Assembly (NCBI GenBank): GCA_032718475.1
Contig: JAUCBJ010004634.1
Location: 62,001-126,000 of the forward strand
Length of the DNA: 64,000 nt
Source: Nemertoderma westbladi
Lineage: Eukaryota; Animalia; Xenacoelomorpha
Direction of reading: 5' to 3'
The position numbers and the translations under genes were made by a program. The stretch's first letter is position 1. Every line of letters begins with the position of its first letter. Below the pieces are notes generated by a model that was not told the DNA's origin, made no database searches, and saw only the letters and a program-made list of their open reading frames with translations. This document shows, one piece after another, positions 45,143 through 58,864 of this stretch.

Positions 45143-46794
45143 ATCTGCTATATAAATTTATCCATATTATAATGAGTTTATATTTAGGCGAGCGGGCGTC
45201 GCTGCCTACCCCTCTCTGCCCCCGGACAGTGCGAGATCCTCAGCGCTGGTGTACTTTCGCCGATGTGCCTATCGCCAACGTCGTAGCTGCACAACGACTA
45301 CAACAACCAGCACGAGCCACTCCACCGTCCGTCCCAAAGGCTTAGATATACTTCAGGTTCTTACTGGAGAGTTAGGGTTACTTTCACAATTGCGACTCGC
45401 TACTGTAAACACACCTTAGTAGTAACATTCACCTACAAACGCACAAATTCCACGTAACAGTCACAAATGGTACACATTCTATCACACATTCGGGTCATTT
45501 GTCCGTTAGTCAAGTGCCTTCCAGAATGTCACATTGTTATTATGTATCCTTGGATACTAGCGGTGCGCTATTTATTCACTATGCTATTCAATGCGCAAGC
45601 CCTTTATTGTTCTTTTAACTCACTTCTAATTCTAGCGTGGTTGTTGCCATGGTGACATTATGGAAAGCTAGCGGTAGAATTAGGGTAATTCTCATGCATA
45701 CAGATCTGGGATGCTATTTAATAGTAAGTCTTTAATAGTCAATATCATCTTTATACATGATTCTATGAATTTTATCGGCTATTGACTATACATTGGAGAT
45801 TCTCGCACACAAATACACTTAATAAAGTGAATCTCCGCTCCCATGATCTATTAATTAATGGAATTTTGGGAATGTTATAAATTGTATAAAATGACAATTT
45901 ATTAAATTCATTGAAATATCTGAATTTAAATTTATTCCCGTAAATTTTATTATTTAATGTTAAATAGACACAATTTTATTCCAGAACGTGTCTGGGGACT
46001 GGGATCCTTGATTCTAGGAATTTTGTCCTTTTAAGAGTATCGGTAAATGCTACGATATCTTAATCGACTAGAATTTTAAAGGATCTGATATTTGACAGAT
46101 TTTTGTAAATATTAATAATTAATATTTAGGATGGGCACCAGTTTATTCCAGAACTTGTCTGGGGACGTTAACCATTGATTCTAGAAATTTGTCTTTCAAG
46201 TATATCGGTGGGTGCCGCGATATCTTAATCGACTAGAATTGCAGATGGTCAAAGGGTTTAACAGATTTATTTTGCGTTATACGCTACTGTTAAAGGGACA
46301 TCACGCTACTATATGTATTATTTAATATATGGTATGAGAGCAATATCGCACGAAGCAATGTCAGTGTGAAGAGGCAAGTCGTTTCCAAAGTCTACCCAGA
46401 GCTTGGTTTAGCCGAGACACGAGGATCTGAACTTTGCATTCCTAATACTCTGCCTACCAATAATACTTGAATATAGTAGTGGCTTTATTGTACTTTAATA
46501 AGTACGGATATTTCATCTTACTGTAGTCACGTATTGATAATGTAATACGGGCAGTAAGGAAAGAGAAAAAGAATTATTTCTCGCCGTCGCACTAAATATA
46601 TAATATACGTAATTAAATAATAAACGCGAATATATATTGCACTAATCTACTAAATAATCTCTAAAATACTATACTACTAAATAAAATTAAATAAAACGAT
46701 TAAAATAAAATTACATAATAATACATACATAAATATAAAAATAAAACAAATACAAATATAAAGTAATATGGTCACACACCCACTCCAGCCGTTG

Positions 46795-47425
46795 TTAAGT
46801 TGGGGAGTCCCTAGATGTTTGTTGGATTAGGGAGGTGGTCGTGGGAAGAGTATCTTGTCTCCCATAGTTTCCGGAGAGTTCTCTGTCTCTTTCCAGTAAA
46901 CATAAACGTCCCACCAGGCGATTGAGCTGCTGCGTCTCGAAGACAATTCCCGGTTTCTTGAAGTTACGTCGCATGACGACGAGTTCTACCGATCGCACCA
47001 AACCGTCATCCGAGATGTGGGTCTCGATGATACGACCTGTCTGCCACCTCTTACGTGGAAGATCTACATCCACAATAAGAACCATGTCTCCAGCGCTAAC
47101 GTTTTCTTGCTGCGCAAACCACTTAGTTCGAAGTTGTAGCGTGGGCAGATAATGTTTTTCGAAATGGTCAGCGAAACGACGGGATAACAACTGCATGAGT
47201 TGCCAAGTTTGTCGGCAGTATTCGTCTCCGTCTGTGATTTCTGATTGTGGGAGCATGGCTACAGGTTTCTTCAGTAGGAAGTGCGCGGGTGTTAGCGCCT
47301 CCAGGGAATCGGGACTCGATGAGACTGGCATAAGCGGTCTCTCGTTGAGATAGGCAGCGATTTCTTCCATTAACGTCCACAAAAGTTCGTCGGTGAGATA
47401 AGCGCGACAAGGCACTATAAAATGA
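46795..47425 (-). pseudogene. pol: Integrase C-terminal part (DUF5641-like), separated from the core by a 1-bp frameshift
   Basis: LNERPL...LTPAHFL...YLPTLQLRTKW...GDMVLIVD...WQTGRI...DGLVRSV; frame changes just after WERLIRSVKTA. Confidence 0.9.
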
Positions 47426-49523
47426 ATGCCGTCTTCACACTTCTTATTAATCTCTCCCAACTTCCTCCCCACCAAGAGGCGTCGGCGGCGTTGAAGGTCC
47501 AACTAGACGCTGTTACTCGTAGTTGGTCGTCCACCTGTCTTTGGTTCCAATCTTTGACGTAAGCTTTGATTTCATTGTTGGCACCAATGAAGTTTGTTCC
47601 CTTATCAGATCTCATCGTGTTACTAGTGCCAAAGCGAGCGATCTGTCGTCGTAAGCTTAATAGAAAGCTGTTGGTAGATAAATCGTTCACCATATCGAGA
47701 TGGATGGCTCTACAAGTCATACAAACAAAGATTACACACCATCTCTTGACTATAGTCCTAGCACGATATACTTCAATAGGGCCAAATAAATCCACACCGG
47801 TGTTAGTAAAGGGTGGTTCATAAAAGCTTACTCGTTCCCTAGGTAATTCTGCCTCTCTCTGTGTTAAAGGCCTACTGAATGCTTTCCTACAGGGTATACA
47901 ATTCCTAAGAACTTGGTTCAGAGCTCTACGGGGTTTATAAAAATAATAGCGAGTTCGAATTTCGCTAAGAACTCGTTCTCTACCAGCATGATAAAGTTTG
48001 CTGTGAACATCTACTATCATCTTGACTTGTATTTCAAGATTTCTAATGAGTATGGGGAACTTAGTATCAAAGGATAATGGGGCATTCGTTAACCTTCCTC
48101 CAACACGTATCAACCCATCTATCATTGTGCTAGAGAAACGATCCCTTAAGCGCATCTGTGGATTTCTCAACAACAGGAAATACTTATCGGAATCTTCATA
48201 GCATTGTAAGAGTCTCAGCATCTGTTTGTTGGTTTCTTCATGCTCCTGATAACTGATCTTCTCCTTCAGAAACCTGGTGGGTATCTTATATGGGGGAAGA
48301 TCTTTAATAACATGGACCTGCACTGATGTGATTGGAGCGGTATCACCCTTTGTTTTCATCCCAGAGTAGTGATGGTGAAAACATCTCTTTAAATATGTAA
48401 CGGCCTTACAGAGCCGATTCCAGGAACTGTAGTGATGTATCGCTCTCTGCAGAAGAGGTGAGAGTCCTTGCGAGACGTCTGGTATACCAGATTTCCAATC
48501 CTTATCACGGATTTCCACAATGGGTTTATTTGTGGCTGTGGGTTTCTGATCCAAAGCGTCGTCTCCGGAAGTATGTAGTACAGACAGATCCACTGTGGGT
48601 TTGAATAACTTCGATTTACTCGCCTGAGTTTTAGGTTTGACTTTCTCCGCTCCCTTGGCCTGTCTAATTTCTGCTGTAGTAAGATGAGGAGGCCATTCTT
48701 CTTCTTCTTGGTAGAGGAAGTCGGGCCCACCTAACCAGTCTGGAGTATCTACCAGTTCTTGTGGAGTTGCTCCCCTGGAAGCGATGTCCGCTGGATTAAT
48801 CGTTCCGGGGCAATGTCTCCATTGATCCATCGTCGTGCGACTGAGTATAATAGCTACTCTGTTGGTAACGAAGACGCTGAACTGACAGACTTCATTGGTT
48901 ATATACTCCAACACGAGTAAAGCGTCGGTCCAATAGACAGTTTTCTCCAGGGGATAGTCGATCTGTTCTGTTACATTCCGGCCGATGGCTGTAGCGTATA
49001 GAGCCGCTTTTAACTCCGCTCGAGGAACTTTCAACTTGTTGTTTATTAATGCCTTAGAGGTAACCAAGGCGACTTTAATTCCGTCCGGAGTTTCCACCCT
49101 TAGGTAGGCTACTATACCTATTCCCATATCGCTGGCGTCTCCAAACACATGGAGTTGATATGAATACGTAGGGAGAACATGACCAAAATATGAACGGGAA
49201 ATTATAAAGTTTTCGATGGCTGGTAGAGAATCTTCCCATTTCATCCACTTCTTTAATAATTCTCCCTTAAGTGGATCGTCCCATGAGTGGTTTTCAAGCC
49301 ACATTTGTTGTACTAAACTCCGAGCAATTAATATAACTGGGCTAATAAATCCCAATGGATCGAAATAAGTGCTCAGGATACTTAAACAAATCCATTTAGT
49401 CCGAACTGGATTATCTCGCTGTTTTAGTTGGAAAAACAGGATATCTCTTTCTGTGTCCCATTTCAAACCAAGGGTCTTAGTTTCTGGGAGATCATCCTTT
49501 ATTAGATCTAGGTCTTTTGCTCC
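47415..49523 (-). pseudogene. pol: RT C-terminus, RNase H and integrase core
   Basis: YFDPLGF, LHVFGDAS, PRAEL, WTDA, NPADIASRG; integrase H-H-C-C finger, GVDLFGP, SDKGTNF, WERLIRSVK; in frame with the upstream ORF across the TGA at 49524. Confidence 0.93.
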
Positions 49524-52500
49524 TCAATCTTCTACCGGGATCGACTCCAGAAACTCACGGGAGTTGCTAGTGAATTTAGTTAATCGAAATCCACCTCTTT
49601 TTAAGCATTCCACCGTTCCTTTAGCGACCTCAATGGCTTCTTCGACTGATGGAAGGGACTTCAGATTATCATCCATGTAGATGTCTCGTTTGATATTGTC
49701 GATCACTTCTTTAGAGAAGGCGTCTCGGTTGTCATCCGCAGTGGTGCGCACCACGGAACAGGCGTTTGAAGGGCTCGAGATTATCCCAAAGGCTTGGATG
49801 GTCATCCAGTATTCCACAGGTTTCTTATTGAGGTCTCCTTCAGGCCACCACAAAAATCGTAGGCTATCTCGATCCCTATCCAGCGCTTTGACTTGTAAGA
49901 ACATGCCTTCTATATCTGAGGCGAAAGCAATGGAGTATTGTCTTAATCTTAATAGTATTCCCAACAAGGATTGAAGTAAGTTGGGTCCGGGTAACAATTC
50001 AGAATTAAGAGATTGGCCCATATAAAGGGCGGAACCGTCAAACACCACTCGTACTTCATGGGGTTTACCGGGTTTGGGAACGTAATGGTGAGTTAAGTAA
50101 TACGTTCTCTCAGTTATAGGGGTTTCTTCCGGTACTAGCTCCGCATATCCCTTGCTAATAAACTTCTTCAACTGTGTTTTATACATTTCTTTAGCTGAAG
50201 AATTTGCCGTAAGGCGTCGATGTAGTTGAGCAATTCTTTTCTCTGCCAAAGGTCTGTTGTTAATGAACTTTGGTTCTCGCTTTCGGAAAGGAAGTCCGAT
50301 CTCATACCTACCTTGATCTTTAAGAAAACGAGTAGTTGTCGCTTGGATCTGCTTGGCTCTTTCTTCCTCCACCGATAGGGCCTTATCGTAGGAGTTGGGC
50401 TCTACGACCTCTTGAGTAAAGAATCTCACGGCGTGTTCATCCCGAGTCTTGGCATTATAACGTTCAATGACGTCATTAAGCTCGTCGTTATAGTCGTCTC
50501 GCTTGGATGGGAGAAGGAGTTGACATAAGTTCACTTGATTTTGCCAAGTCTCGCTTTCCTTAAGGAGATCGATGGCATTCTCCTCATCAAAGAGTTGATG
50601 TATATCGTCGTTGTCTGAGGAGTATGGAGTTCCCTCAGTTGGATCGTCGAACTCACTGTTCTCAACTTCCCATTCTCGCGCTTGATATACCTGATCTTTA
50701 GGTAATCTTTCCATGAGAGTTCTACGGGAAGGGCCAGTAAAGTACCAACCTACTCTAGTTCTTCCCGCATAAACTTGTAGAGGTTGCGGTTGAGCAGGTC
50801 GTTTCTCCAATGTCTCGAGCGCCTCATGCGCGTTTTGGCCGATGAGTATTTGCACTCCAGGATAATCTGTCTGGAATCGAGGTATCTTAAGATGTTGGAT
50901 GCTCTCATCCTCGTCCCAATTATAAAGGTCTGCTTGAGTAGTAGCGAAGTTCTTTATAGCCACCATTTTCACTGACCTTATGCTATGTTCTCCTAGTTCG
51001 TCCTGGGGGGTGGACAACGCACCTACATAATAATCCGCTGTTACTGTGGATTTCCAAACTTGCTTAATCCCTGACATGTTAAGCTTAGTTCGGAACTTGG
51101 GTTGTCCAGCGAATATGTCTTCGGCTAGCTCTTTGTCGATGAATGTTCCTGTACTACCGGAGTCAAGGAGGGCGTTCACTACATAACTCCTTTTTGGTCC
51201 GTGGACCCTTACCTGTACCACAGGAAATTCTCTAATCCCTACATTGGAAGTTGGCGCTTTCCAAAATGGTTGTTGATCAGAAGTAGTTAGGGTAAGGTCG
51301 CTGTCCGTATCCTTTTCATACGTGAGTGCTCGATACACTGTGGTATTTATTGTGTAACAGGATTCGTTTTCGTCGGAGAACTCGTCTGTATAGAATCCTT
51401 CCATCTCAGATTGATCAGTGTCGTTCACATCACTGAATTGGACATGTAGTTCGGAATCACTTACCTGACTCGGACTATTTCGCTCGAATTCCGTGTGCAA
51501 CAAGATATGATGTTTCGCACCGCACTTGGCACATCTTGTGTCAGAGTAACAGGTTCGCCGTTGGTGTCCATGTCTGAGGCAATTATAACACAACCGCTTA
51601 TCCCACATGACTTCACGTCTCTCAGTTAATGATTTCTTTAGAAATTCATCACACATATTCAAGCGATGGGTCCCATCACATAGCGCACATTTCGGTTTGA
51701 TGTTACTCACCTTATTTTGCGTAACATTGTGCACACTTGCTTTTTCTTCGGGCTTTCTCACCTGAATTCTCTTGGGAGACGTAGGAGGAGTTTTTCTTAC
51801 CTGTTCTCTCCTGTCATTGGTTCGAGACTTGAATTTACTTACCTGATCTTTAGGCATTTTATTTACGTAATAAGATCTGTCAGTGTCTTTCCCGCTATCT
51901 TCTCCTTGAGAAGTCTGGCTTTCGCCGTCATCTGTATAACACACTGGTGTTACCTTTCTCCTAGAGACGGGTTTTTCACTTACCTTGTTTTCCGGTGTCT
52001 TCTCTCTGGACAGTTTCAGGAGCTGTAATTTCACTTCTCCATCTAGGAATGACATGAGATCAGCCATGGTAGGGTCTCGTCGTTGTTGTTCCATCATATA
52101 TAACACTTTCTTATCCCAGCGTGTACCTACTCCACCCTTCGGTAAAGTAGAAGCCACTGCTCTAATAACCATAGCACTCTGATACTCATGAGACTTACCT
52201 AGCCAATCTAATTGTCTGCAGATCTCCTGAATCTCATCGGAAAACTCTATAATCCCGCTGCTAATAAACTTTCGGGGCGCTACTAACTTTGCATACAAAT
52301 ACCCAGCTATGTTATTCCTATTACCATACCTGATGTTTAGTGTATCCCAAACTTGTCTTAATCCGTCTGGATGTCCAATAAACTTTAATGCCATTAACTT
52401 GGGAGATCCTTCCAAGCACTCGATGAGGAATCTAAGTTTCTCTCCATTAGATAGCACAGAGTTCTGTATGTTATCTTTGTAATATTCATTAAAAGGTAAC

Positions 52501-53615
52501 CATTTCATCTCATCTCCATTGAACTTGACGATCTCTCCCACCTTTACCGCTTGCCGGGCTTCGGTTCTAGCCATTTGACGCGTAAAACTTTCTTGGGCCA
52601 TCGTGTTATTTAATATCGAGTTATCGGTATATAAATTTCTCAGATTATGATCCGGTCTATAGGGAATATCATTATCAACAGGTCTATAATTACCCTTAAT
52701 AGGGTTCACTATAGGAGTTTCTACTTCGCTAGCAGTATAGATGCGTGTAGGCTCCACACCTTGCGCATGAGATACTTCAGACCTAACAGGTTGACATTGA
52801 CACATTGTTACAGGGGGTGGTGGTATACCCTTTTGTGTATTTACTAATTTATCGCGTTCTAGCGCGATACTTTGCTGCACTTCTTGCAACTCTAGCCTAC
52901 TTTCCCTTACTGTGCCCTTGAATTGCTGAACGGTCTCCTGCATCTGTCCGAGCAGGAGATCCATCCCCCGTTGTCTCTCATCCACCCATTCAACCGCCGA
53001 AGCGGGATTCGCCAACGTTGTAGCGGGTGGACGAGGGACAACGGGCGACAAATCTTGAATATTTCGCTCGGAGTCCAGGGCATGAACTGTTTCATGGGCT
53101 GTTCTGCTGGGCACAGGTAGCTTAGTGCTGTGCAAAGGGAATTGAGAGGTAGGTTCAGGGAGTACAGGTGTCTCTACGACCGAAAGGGTGGCTTCGGGAA
53201 CAGGCCTAATTATTTCAGGCTCATCTACTATAGTAGGGAGTCTCTCTATTGTAATTATTTGGTCTGTGGGTTCTGTACTACCTAAGTTGTTATTTAGTTG
53301 CCTTCTAACAGCTGGAGGCAAATCAGGCAATTTCTGACGGTGGGATGTTCTTTTACGTCTGCTTAGGTGAGATCTATTTCCTTTGCCTTCAGTATCGGTG
53401 GTATCGCCTTCCTCAGATGATGTATATCCCTGTCTTTTGGGAGTAGATCGATTCATCATCTTCATATTACTAGCTGTTAACTGTTTATTTATGCAGTCTT
53501 GATTCTCCTGAATATTTTCCAATTCTAATTGGGCAATCTCTTCAGCCGCTATCCGCTCCGCTTCTGCCGCTGCTCTTGCCGCTTTTCTTTCCATTTCGGC
53601 TGCTTTTCTTTTCGC
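49524..53615 (-). pseudogene. gag-pol: Gag core, zinc knuckles, aspartic protease and reverse transcriptase
   Basis: KFNGDEMKW, three Cys/His knuckles, LLDSGS, RVVFDGS, SDIEGMFLQV, FGIISSP, YMDD; ends at a premature TGA. Confidence 0.95.
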
Positions 53616-54929
53616 TTATGCCTCTGCCGCTGTCGCTTTTCTTTTCGCTTCTGCCTCTGCCGCTGCCGCTGCCGCTTTTCTTTCCATTTCGGCTGCTTTA
53701 CTTTCCTCTTCGGCTGCTTTCCTTTCGGCTTCTGCAGCTGCTACTGCTGCTTTCTTTCTGTCTTCTATGCGTTTTTTCTTCACCCTTTCTTCTTGGTCTC
53801 TAGCGATGCGGAGTTGTTCATCGAATTTAGCTTGGTTCGCCGCTAACCTATCCACATCAATTGCGTCCAACACACGCTGGGCTCCTTCACTATTAGGGCT
53901 AAGTCCATCTAGCCTTCTCCTCAACACTTCATCTCCCAAAAAACGCTGATAGTCTGACAGATAGATGTCAATGGCATCCCTCTTACGCGGTTTCTCTGCC
54001 GTCGCTTCACTTTCCACTTGGGAAAAAGTAGCGTCTGTTGATTCTCCATGGGTTGAGCGTTCCTCCAGCTGAGCTTTCCACTGAGCTGTTCCTTGAACCT
54101 GGCGACTCACCCGTTGAAACCAAGTCTTTACGGCAACTTGCAACGACGTGTCTTGTCTTCTTTTAGAAGCCTCTTCAAAGGCTGATAATATTAGCCTGAT
54201 TCGCAGAATTCTTTCTCTAACTTGATAAAGCAGTTGTCCCTGCTCTTGAGGTCCTTGAGGTTGTTGAAACAGTTGTTCTTTTACTCGCTCCATAGAGCTG
54301 AAGAATCCCTGTGCGTATCCGGCTGCGGACCTCTTCCACACAGCTGGATCGATGGTTTCCTTGGCTACTCCCATCCGGTGTATGTCTTCCCAGGCAGCTT
54401 CTGATAAATCAAACGGGAGTCCGGGTCCGGGGAAGTTCCATTGCGACTCGACCATAGACTTCAGTTCTTCCCTTGTGTATCCCTCATAACTATCTTTAGT
54501 TGATCGCTTACTTCTCGCCCAATCGATCTGGTGTTCTTCCACCGCGATCAATAACCTAGTGAGTACGGCTGCAGGAAGGATGAGAAGGGGATCCGAATAA
54601 ACCGCATCAGACATCCTTGCTCCGCGCTCGGGTGTCAGCTCTACAGTATCTTCACTACTGGAGCGGTCGGGCCGCTGAGAAATAAGTTCTTGGCTCGCGG
54701 GTTGTTGCTGTTCCGCTGCTTCTTGGTCCCGCTTGACCTGGGCTCGAGTGCCTATGATAGACCTATGATGTTGGACCAGCCTAGGTTCTGTTATTACTAC
54801 TGGAGGGATGACCTTCCTCACAGTGGGAGGTGAACTGAACTTAGGACTAGACGGTTCTACACCTCTATCTGAGTCGCAACTACTTACATCTAATAAACTG
54901 TCTGACAGGTTCTGCTTAGTATCAGACAT
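53616..54929 (-). pseudogene. gag: Gag N-terminal extension, ended by a nonsense mutation
   Basis: Near-identical to the N-terminus of the 1705-aa ORF; TAA at 53616-53618 replaces GAA in the repeat GCA-GAA-GCG-AAA-AGA-AAA. Confidence 0.92.
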
Positions 54930-57246
54930 GTTGGTTTGCACAGTTGAATGCCTACTGCTATATTACAGTCTAAGCAAATCTAGTAATTCAGAATTAACTG
55001 CTAGCCTAGTAATTAATTACCGATACTGCTACTCAGTGTAGCGTGATATATATATAATATTAGAATACCGGTATGCTTATTGTATATATAAGTATTATGA
55101 CAGACTAGGTTTTTCACAAAATACCGGTATATAATTTTAGCACAAATATATATAAATATATAATAGGCCTATCGTGGATACCGGTATGCAGTTTACACTT
55201 ATAGTATATATAAGTATAATTATTAACTAGAATTAATTGCAGAATACCGGTATGCTTATGGTATATATAAGTATTATTACAGACTAGGTTTTTTACAGAA
55301 TACCGGTATATAATCTTAGCACAAATATATAAATATATAATAGGCCTATCGTAAATACCGGTATGTCAATTATTTTAGAATAATTGAATTTCTGAATTTT
55401 AAGGGTTACTTGGTTACTTTAACTTACTTTATTGCCGTTATTTAAGCAGTAGTCCAACTGATATTGAGACCTAATTGTTATATGGCAGGCCTACTATTTA
55501 TAAATCGTTTGAGTTGATTTATAATATATATATACCCGTTTAATGGGTTTTGTCAATGTTTGAAATAAATGTTATTATTTCTGGGGGAGTCACTACACAT
55601 AAGCTGTGCGCTCTCAGTGGAGTGCTACTTGTTAGACACTAAAACAAATAATTATAATTTACCTAAGTTACTTAATACTACAAATTACGTACAATTCTGG
55701 TTGAGATTACAATCTCTAAATAAACACAAAAATTTAATTACAAATACACAAAGACGAATTTTTTAGGGTAATTTTACAAGAAGTCTACTAACCAGCCTAA
55801 CAAAGGGTTAGAATATCTGGTTATTACAACGGACAGGTTACTACGGTATTTGAAAATAATAAGTAGTAGTAAATATACTGCGTTGTCCAGATAGGAAAAT
55901 ACCACCGCCTGATGACCTATAACCGTATCGCTATAGGTACTACGTTATGTATCACGGAGTGTCCCTACCTAGAAGTTAATTACCGCGGTCTACCAGAACC
56001 AACGTGCCTATTAACCACTTTACAACACAAATACACTGCCTACACACTAATTGCCTTCGGAAAGCACTGTACACTAAACCCTAAATTAGGTACAAGTACT
56101 TGTATAACAAATAATCAGTAGTTAAAGATACTTGAACAGCTAAAAGAACCACGGTATCTGCTGGAGTGACCGGTGCACAAAATCACCAGTCTTTACCTAC
56201 GCCGAGCAGCCCTGATGTAGTACCGGGGTTAGTTTAACTATAACGGTATGTATAACAAACACAATTACTGTAGGAATAAACTTGGGGAATGAATGTTGCG
56301 AATAATCGCATAAACTCTGAATAATAAATATTACGCTACGCGTACAAACTACTCAAACAAAATGCAGACCAAATACTGACAGACTACTATCAAGCCTAAA
56401 CAAACTACGGTATATGCAGACTCCGAAATGGTTAAGTAGTATGCGTTCTAACCCAGTAGTACGACTTATTCTTTAGATGGGGGTTTACCTTACAGCTATG
56501 GCTGCCCCTACTTCCTAACCGTTCTTTATCGGACAGATGCTTTACACACACCGAAATTTCCTCAAACCCAACAGCAGCCAGACAACTATCCAGCCTACAA
56601 ATTATCTAAATAAAATTATACGCTACCCGTACAGACTACACAAACAAAGTACAGACCAAACGATGGCAGACTACTATCAAGCCTAAATAAACCACAGGAC
56701 ATGCAGACTCCGAAATGGTTAAGTAGTATGCGTTCTAACCCAGTAGTACGACTTATTCTTTAGATGGGGGTTTACCTTACAGCTATGGCTGCCCCTACTT
56801 CCTAACCGTTCTTTATCGGACATACACTCTACATGCACTGCAATCCGTCCAGACCTAATCAACAGTTAGCCAACAGTCAAGCCTACAAATTATCTGTACA
56901 ATCTGAGCAGGCTTACACGCCTTCTGCTCAATACTGGCCTACAAATAAATAAAACTGACAGAAATAAGTAAGCTCCAAAAGAAACAAGGGGTGTACAGTC
57001 CCTAATCTCTTAAACAGCCTACCGGTATACAATACCACAATCGAATAATACTGCTGTACCTGTACTACTGTAGGTACCGGTCCGGATGATCAGGCAGTCA
57101 GGCCTACTGGTTACCGGTCGACCGGTACTTTCGACTAGATTGCTTACACCGCAATCCAGAAGCAAATATCTGTTATTGTTTTTACCAAAAACAATATTAG
57201 ACTGTATTTATTGCCTACACCACAATCAGAACCGTATATATGTTAT

Positions 57247-58389
57247 TGTTTGCGCTTTTAAGACCTTTGACAGTTTAACCTGCCAAAATTAGAATGTCTT
57301 TTGGATGATAGATAGTCTTTAGCCTATGACGAGTATTTGATACACTACATTAGCCGAAGCCAGTCTATGCGCAATCATTCACCCGTTGGATATACCCGGG
57401 AGACTGAGTTCGGAGCTTAATGATTGATGGTGTAAGCCTACCGTATTATTCGACTGATCGTAATATATAATCTCTGACAAATATTATTCACTTTCGGGAA
57501 ATATTAACAGTTCCTTTAGGACGTGGCGCTCTAAATATGTAAACAGAGTTATGACTTAAACTAGTCACAACGAAAAGGCTATAGATTCACGTATATGGCG
57601 CATTCTTTAGGAGATGCTTTGTTATCAGTTACACTCATACACAATGCTGCACAATACTGCACACTAATCTGCTGACCTTCACTAAATTTAGTCACGTATA
57701 AAGAGAGCAACAGACAATTTATGTTGGGCATATGAAATAGCATTAAATTCACTTCAAACCACTTAACATAGGTCGCAATCGTTTATCTGTAACCGGTCTC
57801 TCTAACCTTTAGTATATCAAGAAGGTGGGGTGTCTGACTATTGATCAGTATTCCGATATAATATTTCATCAACAAATATAATGAATAACCGACAGCAAAA
57901 GCAGTAATATTAGTAATTTATGGATAGTGAGTGAATAAGTGAGTAGATAACAGATATACGTTCTATAATTAAGCCTACTAATGTAAGACTAAAGACTGAA
58001 ACACGGAGGTGCCAAAAGCCGGTGTTCTTAGGCTCTGGGCAAAAACATAACACTGAACTACTGAGTTTCTGTATCCACCTCCAACACAGAGACAAAAAAC
58101 GCTCTGATTGGTCAACCGAACAACGAGAGAACAAAGAAACAAAGAAATGTCGACGTGGCAATATCAGCTGTTAGCCGTCGTCATGGTAGCGACACTGTTT
58201 TCAAGAGTATCTAGCTTATCGCGTCACGAGATTGCGGATTATGTCCTCTAAAGTACAAATACAGAAGAAATGACTTTTATGTCCTCTAAAACACCAGTAC
58301 AGCAAGGACACGGCCCTTTTATGCCTGGTAAACCAACTACAGAGTACTTTAAGGGAAAATAACCGGTTAATGACGCAAAAGCTTTTACA
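57247..58389 (-). repeat. 5' LTR of copy B
   Basis: Direct repeat of 42377-43519, followed on + by the TSD CATCC. Confidence 0.97.
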
Positions 58390-58394
58390 CATCC

Positions 58395-58864
58395 ATTAAT
58401 ATAAACAGCAATTAACAACAATATAAAACAGCATTAAGACAGTGCGGTGAACAGAGTCAGTATGTGTTATATTGAAGCAATGCAAATTACGTACGATATG
58501 GTATGAAATATGTAAAATATGTTAATAGATTTGCGTTCTTATGACTCTAGCCTCTGATGTTTTTAGGGCAAAGTCTGAAACGTCAGAACTTCAGAATGAA
58601 TCCAGAATGAAGAAGGATTCTAGGAAAAAAGGTGGCGCATGCGCCATTTTCCATAGACCGCTATTAACAGGGCAGGGGAGATTGCTCTGATTGGCTGAAA
58701 TATGTCAAACAAAGAAAATTCCACACACAAAGAAACAGCTGGCAGATTTCGTCATCTCAGTTGTGTGTTTCTTGACAGACGCGTAGGTGAACAATTCTAA
58801 GCCCTTTTTAGAGTATTTAGCGCATTGTGTAACATGACTTGTTATGTCCGCAAAAGCTTTTACA
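58395..58864 (-). mobile_element. Right part of the older solo LTR
   Basis: Ends ...GCAAAAGCTTTTACA and is followed by CAGTA (58865-58869), matching 41850-41854; reconstituted length ~990 bp. Confidence 0.88.

Larger units (their letters stand above)
42377..58389 (-). mobile_element. Full-length BEL/Pao LTR retrotransposon copy B (16,013 bp)
   Basis: Two 1143-bp LTRs, 5-bp TSD CATCC (42372-42376 and 58390-58394), domain order gag-PR-RT-RH-IN, PPT-like GGGAGCGG before the 3' LTR. Confidence 0.97.
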
